The position numbers and the translations under genes were made by a program. A stretch of DNA of 62,359 nucleotides, filler included. It is 3 parts of 3 records of this genome, joined end to end, with 100 filler letters (N's around TTAATTAATTAA, not from the genome) between each part and the next. Parts side by side here need not be neighbours in the genome. Positions count along the whole stretch, not along the records: positions 1 to 31,014 come from SRR20825006_1449; 2 more parts are not named here. The stretch is one strand, 5' to 3'. Below, one piece after another: positions 1 through 9,210 of the stretch (the stretch's first letter is position 1; the number at the start of each line of letters is the position of its first letter). The notes under the pieces are model-generated. The model saw only the letters and a program-made list of their open reading frames with translations, made no database searches and was not told where the DNA came from.

Positions 1-1
1 T

Positions 2-24
2 CACAGGCTGGAAGCCTATGCCAC
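2..24 (-). repeat. REP-like short palindrome at contig end
   Basis: Minus strand reads GTGGCATAGGCTTCCAGCCTGTG: GTGG tetranucleotide then an AGGCT-3nt-AGCCT hairpin. It sits at the contig break, as expected for a multicopy repeat. Confidence 0.55.
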
Positions 25-208
25 TTGTTTCCCCTCGGGCCGCGTTTTAAATCACACTGGAAGATCATTGACTACCGATCGGACATTTTGATTGCTTGTG
101 TGGTCGTCAGACGCATTCTTCTAAATGCATCAGAGAGCAATCGAAGCAACCGAAAATGGGATCGACATCGCATACTGAACTGTCGTTCGTTGGGGCGTTG
201 AAAATATT

Positions 209-295
209 GGATAACACACGCAATGGCGGGGCCAAATGGCATGGTGATCACGCGAAATCGCAGCTTCGCCTGTCCGTCGTGGTTAATGGCTATAA
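209..295 (-). repeat. Degenerate attC-like palindromic element
   Basis: GGATAAC...GCTATAA ends, about 87 bp, just downstream of the 315-1001 gene. Internal pairing is poor. Confidence 0.35.
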
Positions 296-314
296 GGCAC
301 TTGATGTGCAGACT

Positions 315-1001
315 TCACCCCATACCGAGGTCTTCGATGAATCTCGTGGTTGCGGTGATTTTGGAGCCGTCTGTGCCCAGGGTAGCCGCCACGATCGGTC
401 GGAGTTCGTGGAGTATCTCTTCGTCCGTGCGTAGATGCAATTGTTTTGTGGCGACGGAAATGCCTGCCATGCGTCGTGCAATCGCACCAAAGGTGGCTGC
501 TGTGTCAGGTGGGATGCTCCGTAACGGGATGGTGATGATGTGGAGTGCGAGTGTCGCACCAGCCGCGAGTGCGAGAGTCAAAGGGAGGATTGCGACATCA
601 ATCGCGACGGAAGCGAGAAACGCGATGACGAAGATCGTCGTAGCTAAAAAGGCTAGAGGTTTGCGCAGGATTGCTGGTCGGCGAAGACCTGGCGCCGCCG
701 TACCAAGAATGTCGTCTAGTTGAGCCCACAGTTGTCGGCGTTGCGTTCGGTTCAACATGTCGACGACACGAGTTCCGATTCGTATCCGCAGCGTTTTATC
801 ATTCGTCAGTTCGCGGACGCTGGAACGCAAACGCAGGAACGATGTTAGCGTGGGGCAGGTTGCAATTTGGGCGCCAATTCGCGATTGAATCAACGCGACG
901 AGATCACCGACGGTGAGTACACGTTCCGTTTCGTCGTTCCGGATTGAGATGCCGAAGTGATCTTCGACATTCATTACGATTTCAACAGCGTCGAGTCCCA
1001 T
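315..1001 (-). CDS. Membrane protein with a split (circularly permuted) acyl-carrier-protein-like domain
   Basis: N-term MGLDAVEIVMNVEDHFGISI...TVGDLV matches ACP helices II-IV. C-term LRPIVAATLG...ITATTRFIEDLG matches ACP helix I and loop. Two central hydrophobic helices. Confidence 0.75.
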   Translation of the reverse strand: MGLDAVEIVMNVEDHFGISIRNDETERVLTVGDLVALIQSRIGAQIATCPTLTSFLRLRSSVRELTNDKTLRIRIGTRVVDMLNRTQRRQLWAQLDDILGTAAPGLRRPAILRKPLAFLATTIFVIAFLASVAIDVAILPLTLALAAGATLALHIITIPLRSIPPDTAATFGAIARRMAGISVATKQLHLRTDEEILHELRPIVAATLGTDGSKITATTRFIEDLGMG

Positions 1002-1004
1002 GAT

Positions 1005-1301
1005 TCAGCCAGGTGACAGGAAGAGGTTGTGGCGTGATCGGTTGTTAGCTGTATCTCGCCTAAGTTCGTCGCTACGACCCAACTCTGTGTCAGGACACCG
1101 AGCTGCTCTTTTAAGTAGTTTGATGACGGCGTGATGGTTGTGGGACGCCGCCGATTCAGCCGGAGTCTGCGCATTGGCATCGAGAGCATTTTTGTCGGCA
1201 CGGTATTCTAGCAAGGCACGAACCGTTCGAGTGTCTCCTTGCGTGCAAGCCTTGTGAAGCGGTGTGCGATGATGGATGTGGTCCATCAGCTGAGTCAGCA
1301 T
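1005..1301 (-). CDS. Short ankyrin-repeat protein (about 2 repeats, possibly a remnant)
   Basis: RTPLHKAC..GD...VRALL..RADKN..D...QTP...AA..NH..VIKLL fits the ankyrin consensus. Confidence 0.65.
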   Translation of the reverse strand: MLTQLMDHIHHRTPLHKACTQGDTRTVRALLEYRADKNALDANAQTPAESAASHNHHAVIKLLKRAARCPDTELGRSDELRRDTANNRSRHNLFLSPG

Positions 1302-1365
1302 GTTGGCAGACGGCGAAACTCCGAACGTTCAGCGTGGATGGAGCCCTGCTGGCTGCAATCGGCCG

Positions 1366-1857
1366 CTAGATTCTCAGCAAGAGTACATGGAGCGACAACG
1401 CGATCGCGATGGAAACAACCGTTCTGAAAACGTTCCATCGATTCCATTGAGCCTCGAATCCAGCCCGCGCGGCCAGCAGTTCTTGATCATCTTTCTGTTC
1501 AACGTCAATCGCTTGGATCTTGTTGTTTAGCGGGATGTTGATTCGAACAGTCGGGAGCTGAACTCCCAACAGGTAGACAACCGCAGCGGCAATCAATAAC
1601 GTTCGATCCGCACCATCAATCTGTGAGAAGCCGGAGACCGCCGCAACAATGATCGCTATGGCAGACCCAATCCAAACAAACATGAAGAAAGGCTGGTTGT
1701 CTTGTATGACGCCATCGATCACTTGAAACGCACGAATAAATGACCTGTCGTTGAGTCGACCGATGCCAGGCATCGCTACAACAGCAAACGCAAAAAGAAA
1801 GCCGGCAACGAGTGAGCACAAAAGGGTCGCGGATACCAAAACAATATGGAAAAACAT
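1366..1857 (-). CDS. DUF1772 / anthrone oxygenase family membrane protein
   Basis: Four hydrophobic helices; AGFLFAFAVVAMPG, NIPLNN and W.RWN..RT motifs. Confidence 0.8.
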   Translation of the reverse strand: MFFHIVLVSATLLCSLVAGFLFAFAVVAMPGIGRLNDRSFIRAFQVIDGVIQDNQPFFMFVWIGSAIAIIVAAVSGFSQIDGADRTLLIAAAVVYLLGVQLPTVRINIPLNNKIQAIDVEQKDDQELLAARAGFEAQWNRWNVFRTVVSIAIALSLHVLLLRI

Positions 1858-1877
1858 CTACTTCAGCTCGGGTTGAT

Positions 1878-1969
1878 GCATGACAGCGATAGCGAGTGTT
1901 CGACGTCTCATTCTACATTCAACCACCGGCAATGGTTGCTTGGGCGGAGTTCGTGCGCTTGGTCATCGC
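1878..1969 (-). repeat. Degenerate attC-like palindromic element
   Basis: GCATGAC...GTCATCGC inverted ends, about 92 bp, ending about 20 bp upstream of the DUF1772 start. Confidence 0.3.
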
Positions 1970-2190
1970 GATGTAGTTGCAGGAGTCTTGATCGGATATC
2001 GAGGCGAATCGGAAGGTGATTGTGAGCAATTCGACCCGCACGAAGACCGGCATCTCAAACGTTTGGTTGCAGCCGTCGGTTCGCTGGTTCAGCGCTACGG
2101 GAAGACGTCGTATTGAGAGCTCGTTCGAGAAACCGAGCCAAATGGCATCCACGTGGACGCGTATTTTTGCGTAAGCATCTTGGTCCCGCT

Positions 2191-2280
2191 CTCGCACGCT
2201 TGGGTACGACGGGGAGACGGACGGAGTACTTCATGCAATGTGACGTCGCCACTCTGTGTACGTCGCATTGCTACCCGCCG
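2191..2280 (-). repeat. Degenerate attC-like palindromic element
   Basis: Right end ATTGCTACCCGCCG resembles ATGGTTGTCCGCCG of the 2774-2865 element and overlaps the stop codon of the 2271-2747 gene. Confidence 0.35.
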
Positions 2281-2747
2281 TTTGCTGAGTCACGAATTTC
2301 TCCGTCGTCCTCATCAATGATTCCATCGCCGTTAACGTCCTCGTCGGCGAATCGATAGCCGCAGCGGAACGAACGCCGCTGTTTGAGATTGCCATCATCA
2401 AGACGGATATCGTACAGCAACCATGCCCCCGTCGGTACGTTTGATTCAATCAGTTCGTGTTCCGCTTCTGTGACGGGACGTTTGCATCGCACTTGGATGA
2501 GATGAGGGAACCGTCTCAATAGGCGAAGATGGGCGTCGTTAAAACCGCGTGGCGGTAGCGATACGTAGTAAACGTCACTCGGCACCCGCACTGGCAGCGA
2601 TGCACCGCACAACCCAGTGCCGGCAAACGGGTCGCGTCCTTGGGTTTGTATTCCGGCGTCCTCGAATCTCTCAAGAACGTTTCGGGTATCTGAGAGCTGA
2701 GGCGGCGCGCCGATCGAGATCGCGATGAATAGTGAAACAATTGACAT
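2271..2747 (-). CDS. Hypothetical exported protein with a C-terminal acidic Ca-binding-like loop
   Basis: Hydrophobic N-terminus, LRR-like DAHLRLLRRFPHL, and a DVNGDGIIDEDD EF-hand/dockerin-like motif. Confidence 0.6.
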   Translation of the reverse strand: MSIVSLFIAISIGAPPQLSDTRNVLERFEDAGIQTQGRDPFAGTGLCGASLPVRVPSDVYYVSLPPRGFNDAHLRLLRRFPHLIQVRCKRPVTEAEHELIESNVPTGAWLLYDIRLDDGNLKQRRSFRCGYRFADEDVNGDGIIDEDDGEIRDSANGG

Positions 2748-2773
2748 TCAGCAATCCTTTGCAGTGATTCATT

Positions 2774-2865
2774 CGGGCAACATTTTTGATCGGGTCCCAG
2801 GGGAAGTTGAATTTTTTCAACCTCACGGAAAGCCCTGCGAATTGGGAAGCGATGGTTGTCCGCCG
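2774..2865 (-). repeat. Degenerate attC-like palindromic element
   Basis: CGGGCAAC...GTTGTCCG inverted ends (7/8 match) with an AAC/GTT core, about 89 bp, ending about 27 bp upstream of the 2747 start. Confidence 0.45.
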
Positions 2866-3153
2866 CCTCTTTGTTACCAGATTGGATCAAAGATGAAAAC
2901 ATTGAGCACAGCCAGAACGCAATTCGCTTTCTCTGGGCAGAGAAGCCAGTCGGTTCACTATCTTCTTCGAGCGTTTCGCAATTGAGTTCTTTTGGCGAGC
3001 CAACCCGTGCGAGCGAACTTCGGCGAATAACCCGACGCCCTGCAAACGATTTGCTTTGAACAGCGGGCTTGCGTGGTTTCATTTGAACGCGGGGTGCTTC
3101 ACAATGACGTTTCCCGCCCCGCCCCTTCCGTCCATTTTTGTGGAGACCGTTTG

Positions 3154-4524
3154 ATGTCCCTGCCCCATTTTCTGGCATCGCTTTCGTTGGCCCGTTTGAG
3201 CGCCGTGGTTGTTTGTTTGGGAATTCCGGTTGGCTCGACCGCAACGGTTGGAGCAGCGGAATCGTTTTCCGTCGATTCAAAGAACGCTGATGTGATTTGG
3301 CCGCAGTGGCGAGGTGGATCGCAACGGGGCGTTGCACCCGAAGGCGACTATCCAGTGGAGTGGTCAGAGGAAAAAGCGACTCGGTGCAAGATTCCAGGCA
3401 GCGGTGCGAGTACTCCCGTGATCGTAGGAAACCGCGCGTTTTTGACCAGCGGGATTGATGGCCAGAATCACTTGTTGGGCGTGGACATCGATTCGATGGA
3501 GATCGCTTTTCAAACGCCGCTGGGCGATGACCGCGGCAACAAACACCGCAAAGGCAGCGGAAGCAACCCGTCCGCTGTGACGGATGGCAAGAACGTGGTG
3601 GCTTATTTTCGCAGCGGTGATTTGGCGTGTTGTGATCTTGATGGAAAACCACTCTGGCACACCAATTTGCAAGAACAGTTTGGCGAGGACACGCTTTGGT
3701 GGGATTTGGGATCTTCCCCGATGATCGTGGATAATTTGGTGGTCGTTGCGGTGATGCAAACCGGTCCCAGTTACATCGTCGCCATTGACATTGAATCGGG
3801 CGAAGTGGTTTGGAAAGACGACCGGATGGTTCCGGCACCCGAAGAAGCGGCACAAAGTTATTCGACGCCTCTCGCGACAGAAGTTGATGGCAAGAAGGTC
3901 GTCGCCGTGTTGGGGGCTGATCACTTGACGTTGACCGATGCCAAAACCGGCAAGCGGTTGGGAACGCTCGGTGGTTTTAATCCGGGACAAGAGAAGTTCT
4001 TTCGTTCGATTGCGTCGCCGGTGATCACGGGCAACGTCATCGTTTGTCCTTACTCTCGGGGCGCGACATTGACCGGGGTGGACATGGCCAAGCTGATTGA
4101 GGCGGGAAGTGACAAGAACGCAGCCGATGATGCAATCTTGTGGATGCGTGACGATATTGGGTCGGATGTACCGACGCCTGCCGCTCGCGACGGCATCGTG
4201 TATTTGATCTCCGATGGCAAGCAGTCCAAAGGGAAGTTGTCGGCTCTGTCGGCAGAGACCGGTGAAACGCTTTGGGACACTTCTTTGGAACGGACGCGAT
4301 CGAGTTACAGCAGTTCGCCGCTGCTCATCGGTGATCGTCTCTACGTTACTGATGAGTCGGGAACGACTTCGGTGTTGGAGAACATCGGTGGTGACTCGGA
4401 GCCAAAGTTGATCCACACCAACCAAGTCGACGATGACGAGCAGTTCACCGTTGCCAGCCCGGTACCGTTTGCCGACGGATTGTTGCTGCGGACGAAAAGC
4501 CATCTCTACAAGTTGACTCGTTGA
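3154..4524 (+). CDS. PQQ-like beta-propeller repeat protein (BamB-like, planctomycete-expanded family)
   Basis: Signal peptide, WPQWRG, repeated S.S(T/S)P and G...W blades. Start placed at ATG 3154 after GGAG; the ORF is open from 3073. Confidence 0.85.
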   Translation: MSLPHFLASLSLARLSAVVVCLGIPVGSTATVGAAESFSVDSKNADVIWPQWRGGSQRGVAPEGDYPVEWSEEKATRCKIPGSGASTPVIVGNRAFLTSGIDGQNHLLGVDIDSMEIAFQTPLGDDRGNKHRKGSGSNPSAVTDGKNVVAYFRSGDLACCDLDGKPLWHTNLQEQFGEDTLWWDLGSSPMIVDNLVVVAVMQTGPSYIVAIDIESGEVVWKDDRMVPAPEEAAQSYSTPLATEVDGKKVVAVLGADHLTLTDAKTGKRLGTLGGFNPGQEKFFRSIASPVITGNVIVCPYSRGATLTGVDMAKLIEAGSDKNAADDAILWMRDDIGSDVPTPAARDGIVYLISDGKQSKGKLSALSAETGETLWDTSLERTRSSYSSSPLLIGDRLYVTDESGTTSVLENIGGDSEPKLIHTNQVDDDEQFTVASPVPFADGLLLRTKSHLYKLTR

Positions 4525-5072
4525 TCGATTTGGCGAGCGTCATTGGGGCAGCGGCATTCGGCCGCTGTCGGTCGGATCGTCGAACGAAGTGATTTGGGTG
4601 GACGTAGGTAACCGAACGTTCAGCGAGCTTGAACGATTGCGACTGAAGTGTCTGGAATCAGGTTGTGTATCAGAACGTTCTGTTTGCACCGTTTGGGGTG
4701 GTTGACGGTCGGCGAATGTGACATAGCAGCCGTTCGTGGCTGCCAATGTGGCGCGGCGTCCCAGGCCGGTTCAATGACAACTTTTGGAATAACTGTCGCA
4801 GGCGGTCGGAATCGCCCGGCAAAAATCGGTTGGTTAGGCGACCCAGGCGGTTTGAGGGCTAGACTTCAGTTTCGCGAATTGGTTTGGAACAGCGGCATTC
4901 GCTGGTTTTTGCGAGAATTGGCCGGTGTTGGACGGAATGCGACAGGCAGAGCGGCCGACTCGAGTCATCCGGTTAGGCAACGATCCGCCATCGCGGTACA
5001 CTCCTTGCACTGGCGAGACGCAACTCGCCATCGCCAGTGCCAACGAACAGTGACTATTGAGGATAAAACGGT

Positions 5073-7091
5073 ATGAAAAAGGATTCCGAATCGAACTCTT
5101 CGGACAAATCCAACAAGGAAGAGCTCTCGACGGGACGCCGTGGTGGCAATCCGATGATCATCGCTTTGGTGATCACCGTGCTGGCCGCGATGCTGTTTTT
5201 CAATCAGCCCGAGCCATCCTCTTTGATTTCGGCGAGCTTTTTCCGAAGTCAGCTTGAAAAGAACAACATCGAGTCGGTGGAAATCGGCGACATCGAGGTT
5301 TCGGGAACGTTCAAGACTCGTCCGCAGATGCCGGCCAGTGAATCGGCTGACGGCGACGAGAAACCAAAGGAATTGCTGAAGCGTTTTCGGTTCACGCGTC
5401 CCGCGGGAGCGGATTACGCCGTGCAATTGTCCGAAGACCTTGAGAAGCGGAACATCAAGGATTGGAAATTCTCGCCGCCGGACAACACCGCTGCGATCTT
5501 GAATTTGTTGATTTTGGTTGGTTTGCCGCTGGCGATTTTCTTCTTCATCTTCATGATGATTCGCCGCACGCGAAATGACATGATGGGCGGCGGCTTTTTG
5601 TCGGGGTTCAGCAAGAGTCCGGCGAAACGATTTGAAGCGACCGACAAAGTCATCACTTTCAACGATGTTGCTGGTTTGGAAGGCGTCAAAGCTGACCTTC
5701 AGGAGATCGTTGATTTCCTAAAGACGCCGGAGAAGTTTCAAAAGCTTGGCGGGCAAGTTCCCAAAGGCGTTTTGCTGAATGGTCCTCCGGGAACGGGGAA
5801 AACGTTGCTGGCTCGCGCCGTTGCGGGTGAGGCGGACGTGCCGTTTTTCAGCGTCAACGGTAGTGAATTCATCCAGATGTTTGTTGGTGTTGGTGCCAGC
5901 CGTGTGCGTGATTTGTTCAAGACGGCAAAAGAGCAGTCACCATCGATCATCTTCATTGACGAAATCGATGCGGTCGGTCGTCAGCGTGGCGCTGGTTTGG
6001 GCGGCGGACACGATGAGCGCGAACAGACGTTGAATCAGATTCTCGGCGAGATGGACGGTTTCGGTGGTGCTCAAGCGGTCATCGTGATTGCCGCGACAAA
6101 CCGGCCGGACGTGCTGGATCCGGCGTTGCTTCGTCCAGGACGTTTTGACCGTCACGTGACCGTGGGTCGTCCGACGATGAAGGGCCGTGAAGAGATTTTC
6201 AAGGTTCACGTTCGAGACGTGCCACTGGGCGACGATGTTGATTTGCATCGTTTGGCGGCGGGAACGGTTGGCCTGACCGGTGCCGACATTCGCAACATGG
6301 TCAACGAGGCAGCTCTTTGGGCGGCACGTGGCGACAAGAAAATCGTCGAGATGAGCGACTTCGATTACGCTCGCGACAAAATTTTGATGGGTGCGAAGCG
6401 AGAAGAGGTTTTGCTGGAAAGCGAGAAAGAGAAAACCGCTTATCACGAAGCCGGCCACACGTTGACGGCTTGGCACTTGGAAGGTTCGCACATTGTCCAC
6501 AAGGTGACGATCATCCCTCGAGGACGAGCGCTCGGTGTGACTCAGTATGTGCCGAATGAGGACCGATTGAGCATGAGCAAGCGAGAGCTTGAGCATCAAT
6601 TGATCGTGTTGCTCGGAGGCCGCGCGGCAGAGAAGATCATCTACACGGAGACTTGTGTGGGTGCGGAGAACGATTTGGAACGAGCGACCAGTATCGCGCG
6701 CCGAATGGTCACGCATTGGGGCATGAGTCCGAAAATTGGTCCGGTCAGTTACAAGACGAGCGACGAAGATCCGTTTTTGGGTCGAGAGATTCATCAGCAA
6801 CGTCAATTCAGCGAACACACGCAGGAGTTGATTGATGAGGAGGTCGCGAGAATTCTGATGGAAGCGGATCAGAAGGCAGAGCAACTGTTGCGAGAACATC
6901 GCGGTCAGTTGGAGACGATCACGCGTGAGTTGCTGGATCGTGAGGAGCTGAACGAGGCTGAATTGACGGAACTGATTGGTCCTTCGATTCACAAACGTTT
7001 GGGTGACGAAGAGGGCAAGGTCGAGCAGATCATGGCCCCCGAAGGAGCCGCCGAGCGGACTTCGAACGCTTCCGCACGACGCGAAGACTGA
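5073..7091 (+). CDS. ftsH: ATP-dependent zinc metalloprotease FtsH
   Basis: Two TM helices, GPPGTGKT Walker A, IIFIDEID Walker [10 protein letters not shown] second region of homology, HEAGH zinc motif. Confidence 0.97.
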   Translation: MKKDSESNSSDKSNKEELSTGRRGGNPMIIALVITVLAAMLFFNQPEPSSLISASFFRSQLEKNNIESVEIGDIEVSGTFKTRPQMPASESADGDEKPKELLKRFRFTRPAGADYAVQLSEDLEKRNIKDWKFSPPDNTAAILNLLILVGLPLAIFFFIFMMIRRTRNDMMGGGFLSGFSKSPAKRFEATDKVITFNDVAGLEGVKADLQEIVDFLKTPEKFQKLGGQVPKGVLLNGPPGTGKTLLARAVAGEADVPFFSVNGSEFIQMFVGVGASRVRDLFKTAKEQSPSIIFIDEIDAVGRQRGAGLGGGHDEREQTLNQILGEMDGFGGAQAVIVIAATNRPDVLDPALLRPGRFDRHVTVGRPTMKGREEIFKVHVRDVPLGDDVDLHRLAAGTVGLTGADIRNMVNEAALWAARGDKKIVEMSDFDYARDKILMGAKREEVLLESEKEKTAYHEAGHTLTAWHLEGSHIVHKVTIIPRGRALGVTQYVPNEDRLSMSKRELEHQLIVLLGGRAAEKIIYTETCVGAENDLERATSIARRMVTHWGMSPKIGPVSYKTSDEDPFLGREIHQQRQFSEHTQELIDEEVARILMEADQKAEQLLREHRGQLETITRELLDREELNEAELTELIGPSIHKRLGDEEGKVEQIMAPEGAAERTSNASARRED

Positions 7092-7094
7092 CCC

Positions 7095-8255
7095 TTGGCG
7101 AAGAAGCGAAGCGGAAACCTCCGAGCAAATTTTCGTAAGAAGCACCAAGGCCGAGTGCGGCGTGGTGATTTGACTCGTGATTTTCGCGAAGGTGATTCTC
7201 AAGACGACGCCGTTCAATCGGAACGGCTGAGCGGCAAGGGCGAGCTGACGCGAAAACGCACCATTCAGGGTGCGGATTCGACACCGGAGTCAGCCGCCGG
7301 AATGCACGTGCAATTGTCGGTCGACGAGGACAACTTGCTGCAAGGTCGTGTGCTGAGTGTGCACGGGTTGCAGAGCAAGGTGTTGGGCGACAACGGCGTT
7401 TTGTATGCGTGTGCGGTTCGTCAGGTTCTGAAATCGCTGAGCACCAGCCAACGCAATGTCATCGTTGCGGGGGATCGGGTTTGGTTTCGGTCGGAGTCCC
7501 GGGATGGAGTGTCGCTGAAGTCGGAAGCGGATGGGATGATCGAGCGGGTTGAGCCGCGGACAGGAATGATCAGCCGAACGAGCCGTGGACGGCAGCACGT
7601 GTTGGTTTCGAACATTGACGCGATGTTGATCATCGCCAGCGCGGAGCAACCGGGGATCAAGCCTGCTTTAATCGACCGGATGATTCTGACGGCCCACCAA
7701 TGCCAGATTGAACCGATCGTGATTATAAACAAAGTCGACTTGATCGATTTGGTTGATCTGCAGCCTTTGATTGGTGTTTATTCCTCGCTCGGGTATCGCG
7801 TTTTGCCGACGTCCGCGGAAACGGGCCAAAATGTCGCTTACCTGCGGGCTTTGTTGAAAGATCGCCAGACCGCTCTGGCTGGTCAAAGTGGGGTGGGCAA
7901 GAGCAGTCTGCTGAACGCTGTGCAGCCCGGACTGGGATTGGCGATTGGGGCGGTCAGCAGCGACAACGACAAGGGAAAACACACCACCACGGCGTCCCAG
8001 TTGATACCGCTGGCCGATGGCGGGGCGGTTTTTGACACACCGGGGATTCGGCAATTTCAATTGTGGGACATCAGTGCGAGCGAGGTGGCTGGTTTGATGC
8101 CCGATCTGAGGCCCTACGTGAGCGGCTGCCGCTATCCGGACTGCTTGCACCTCGCCGAAGACGATTGTGCGGTGAAGAACGCAGTCGCCGACGCACGAAT
8201 CGACGCGCGGCGTTACGACGCGTACTGTCATTTGCTAGAAGAAGAACTCATGTAA
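7095..8255 (+). CDS. rsgA: Small ribosomal subunit biogenesis GTPase RsgA
   Basis: Permuted G motifs [23 protein letters not shown]-terminal CRYPDCLH...C zinc site. Confidence 0.95.
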   Translation: MAKKRSGNLRANFRKKHQGRVRRGDLTRDFREGDSQDDAVQSERLSGKGELTRKRTIQGADSTPESAAGMHVQLSVDEDNLLQGRVLSVHGLQSKVLGDNGVLYACAVRQVLKSLSTSQRNVIVAGDRVWFRSESRDGVSLKSEADGMIERVEPRTGMISRTSRGRQHVLVSNIDAMLIIASAEQPGIKPALIDRMILTAHQCQIEPIVIINKVDLIDLVDLQPLIGVYSSLGYRVLPTSAETGQNVAYLRALLKDRQTALAGQSGVGKSSLLNAVQPGLGLAIGAVSSDNDKGKHTTTASQLIPLADGGAVFDTPGIRQFQLWDISASEVAGLMPDLRPYVSGCRYPDCLHLAEDDCAVKNAVADARIDARRYDAYCHLLEEELM

Positions 8256-8424
8256 TTGCGGCGCAAAATTCGTCAGGTTTTGGGCTCCATGAGAAGGTTC
8301 GGGCATGACAGCGGTTTGAAATCTGCGAAACTGCTGTGGTGATTCAAGTTCATTTTCGATTGCAACTCGTGATTTCAGCAGGAAGTCTGAGGATCGCGGT
8401 CGATTCGCTGAGGACGAGGTTGAA

Positions 8425-9210
8425 ATGTTAGAGTTGGATTCCGAGTCACGTTCGAATCAAGCGTCGGAGACGGGCGCCCAGGCGGGTACGGCAGCGGTGC
8501 AGAACGACAACGAACCGGCTTCATCTCGTGAGGGTGTTCGCGATCGAAATGGAAAGATGAGCGGCGGAACGGCCAAAAAATCGCGTGGGGCCAAACCCAA
8601 GCCGCACGAGAGCAAACTGTACGACAACTTGGTTCCGGCCTATCAGGCTTTGTGGCCGGCGGTGGCTCGTCGCCGAATTCAGCACAACCTGAATTCGCTC
8701 AACATTGCGACGGGCACGAAAGTCTTGGAAGTCGGCGTCGGCACCGGATTGTCATTGGACGCTTACCCGGAGCACGCGAACGTCACGGGCGTGGATCTGT
8801 CTGAATCCATGTTGGCCGAAGCGGAAGAGTTGATCGAGCAGCGGGGATGGAAGCATGTCTCCGTGCAGCCGATGAACGCGGAGGAATTGACGTTCGAGGA
8901 CGCGAGCTTTGATCTGGTGACCTCGTTTCACACGATCAGCGTAGTTTCGCATCCCGATCGAATGATGCGTGAACTTGTGCGTGTGTGTCGCCCGGGTGGT
9001 AAAATCTTGGTCATCAATCATTTCCGGAGTCCGAACCCACTGATCGCTCGCGTTGTTGATTCGGCGGGCAGCTTGACCCGTCACTTGGGATGGCGGACGG
9101 ATTTGAATGTCGATGAATTGCTCAACGAATTGCCAATCCAGGTCATGCGATGCCAAAAGTCCAACCCGCTGTCTCTGTTCCGAGTCTTGATCGCCGAACG
9201 CAAAGCTTAG
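8425..9210 (+). CDS. Class I SAM methyltransferase, PmtA-like phospholipid N-methyltransferase
   Basis: VLEVGVGTGLSL, GVDLSESML, RVCRPGG..VINHF, as in Rhodobacter-type PmtA. Confidence 0.75.
   Translation: MLELDSESRSNQASETGAQAGTAAVQNDNEPASSREGVRDRNGKMSGGTAKKSRGAKPKPHESKLYDNLVPAYQALWPAVARRRIQHNLNSLNIATGTKVLEVGVGTGLSLDAYPEHANVTGVDLSESMLAEAEELIEQRGWKHVSVQPMNAEELTFEDASFDLVTSFHTISVVSHPDRMMRELVRVCRPGGKILVINHFRSPNPLIARVVDSAGSLTRHLGWRTDLNVDELLNELPIQVMRCQKSNPLSLFRVLIAERKA

Noticed and set aside
1919-2197. 92-aa ORF between two attC-like elements
   Set aside because: Its position fits a cassette, but there is no motif or RBS and it reads through the element, so it was not called as a CDS.
2516-3853. 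445-aa minus-strand ORF
   Set aside because: Mostly antisense to the PQQ-propeller gene and out of frame with 2271-2747; Arg/Pro/Ser-rich with no motif. Only the stretch near 2865-2950 might be a cassette-gene remnant.
5004-5043. CIRCE (HrcA) operator upstream of ftsH
   Set aside because: The arms resemble CIRCE but the spacer is 22 nt rather than the required 9.
5937-7217. Long antisense ORFs (also 3364-4503, 59107-60240, 60902-62011)
   Set aside because: Shadows of well-supported genes on the opposite strand, expected in GC-rich DNA.
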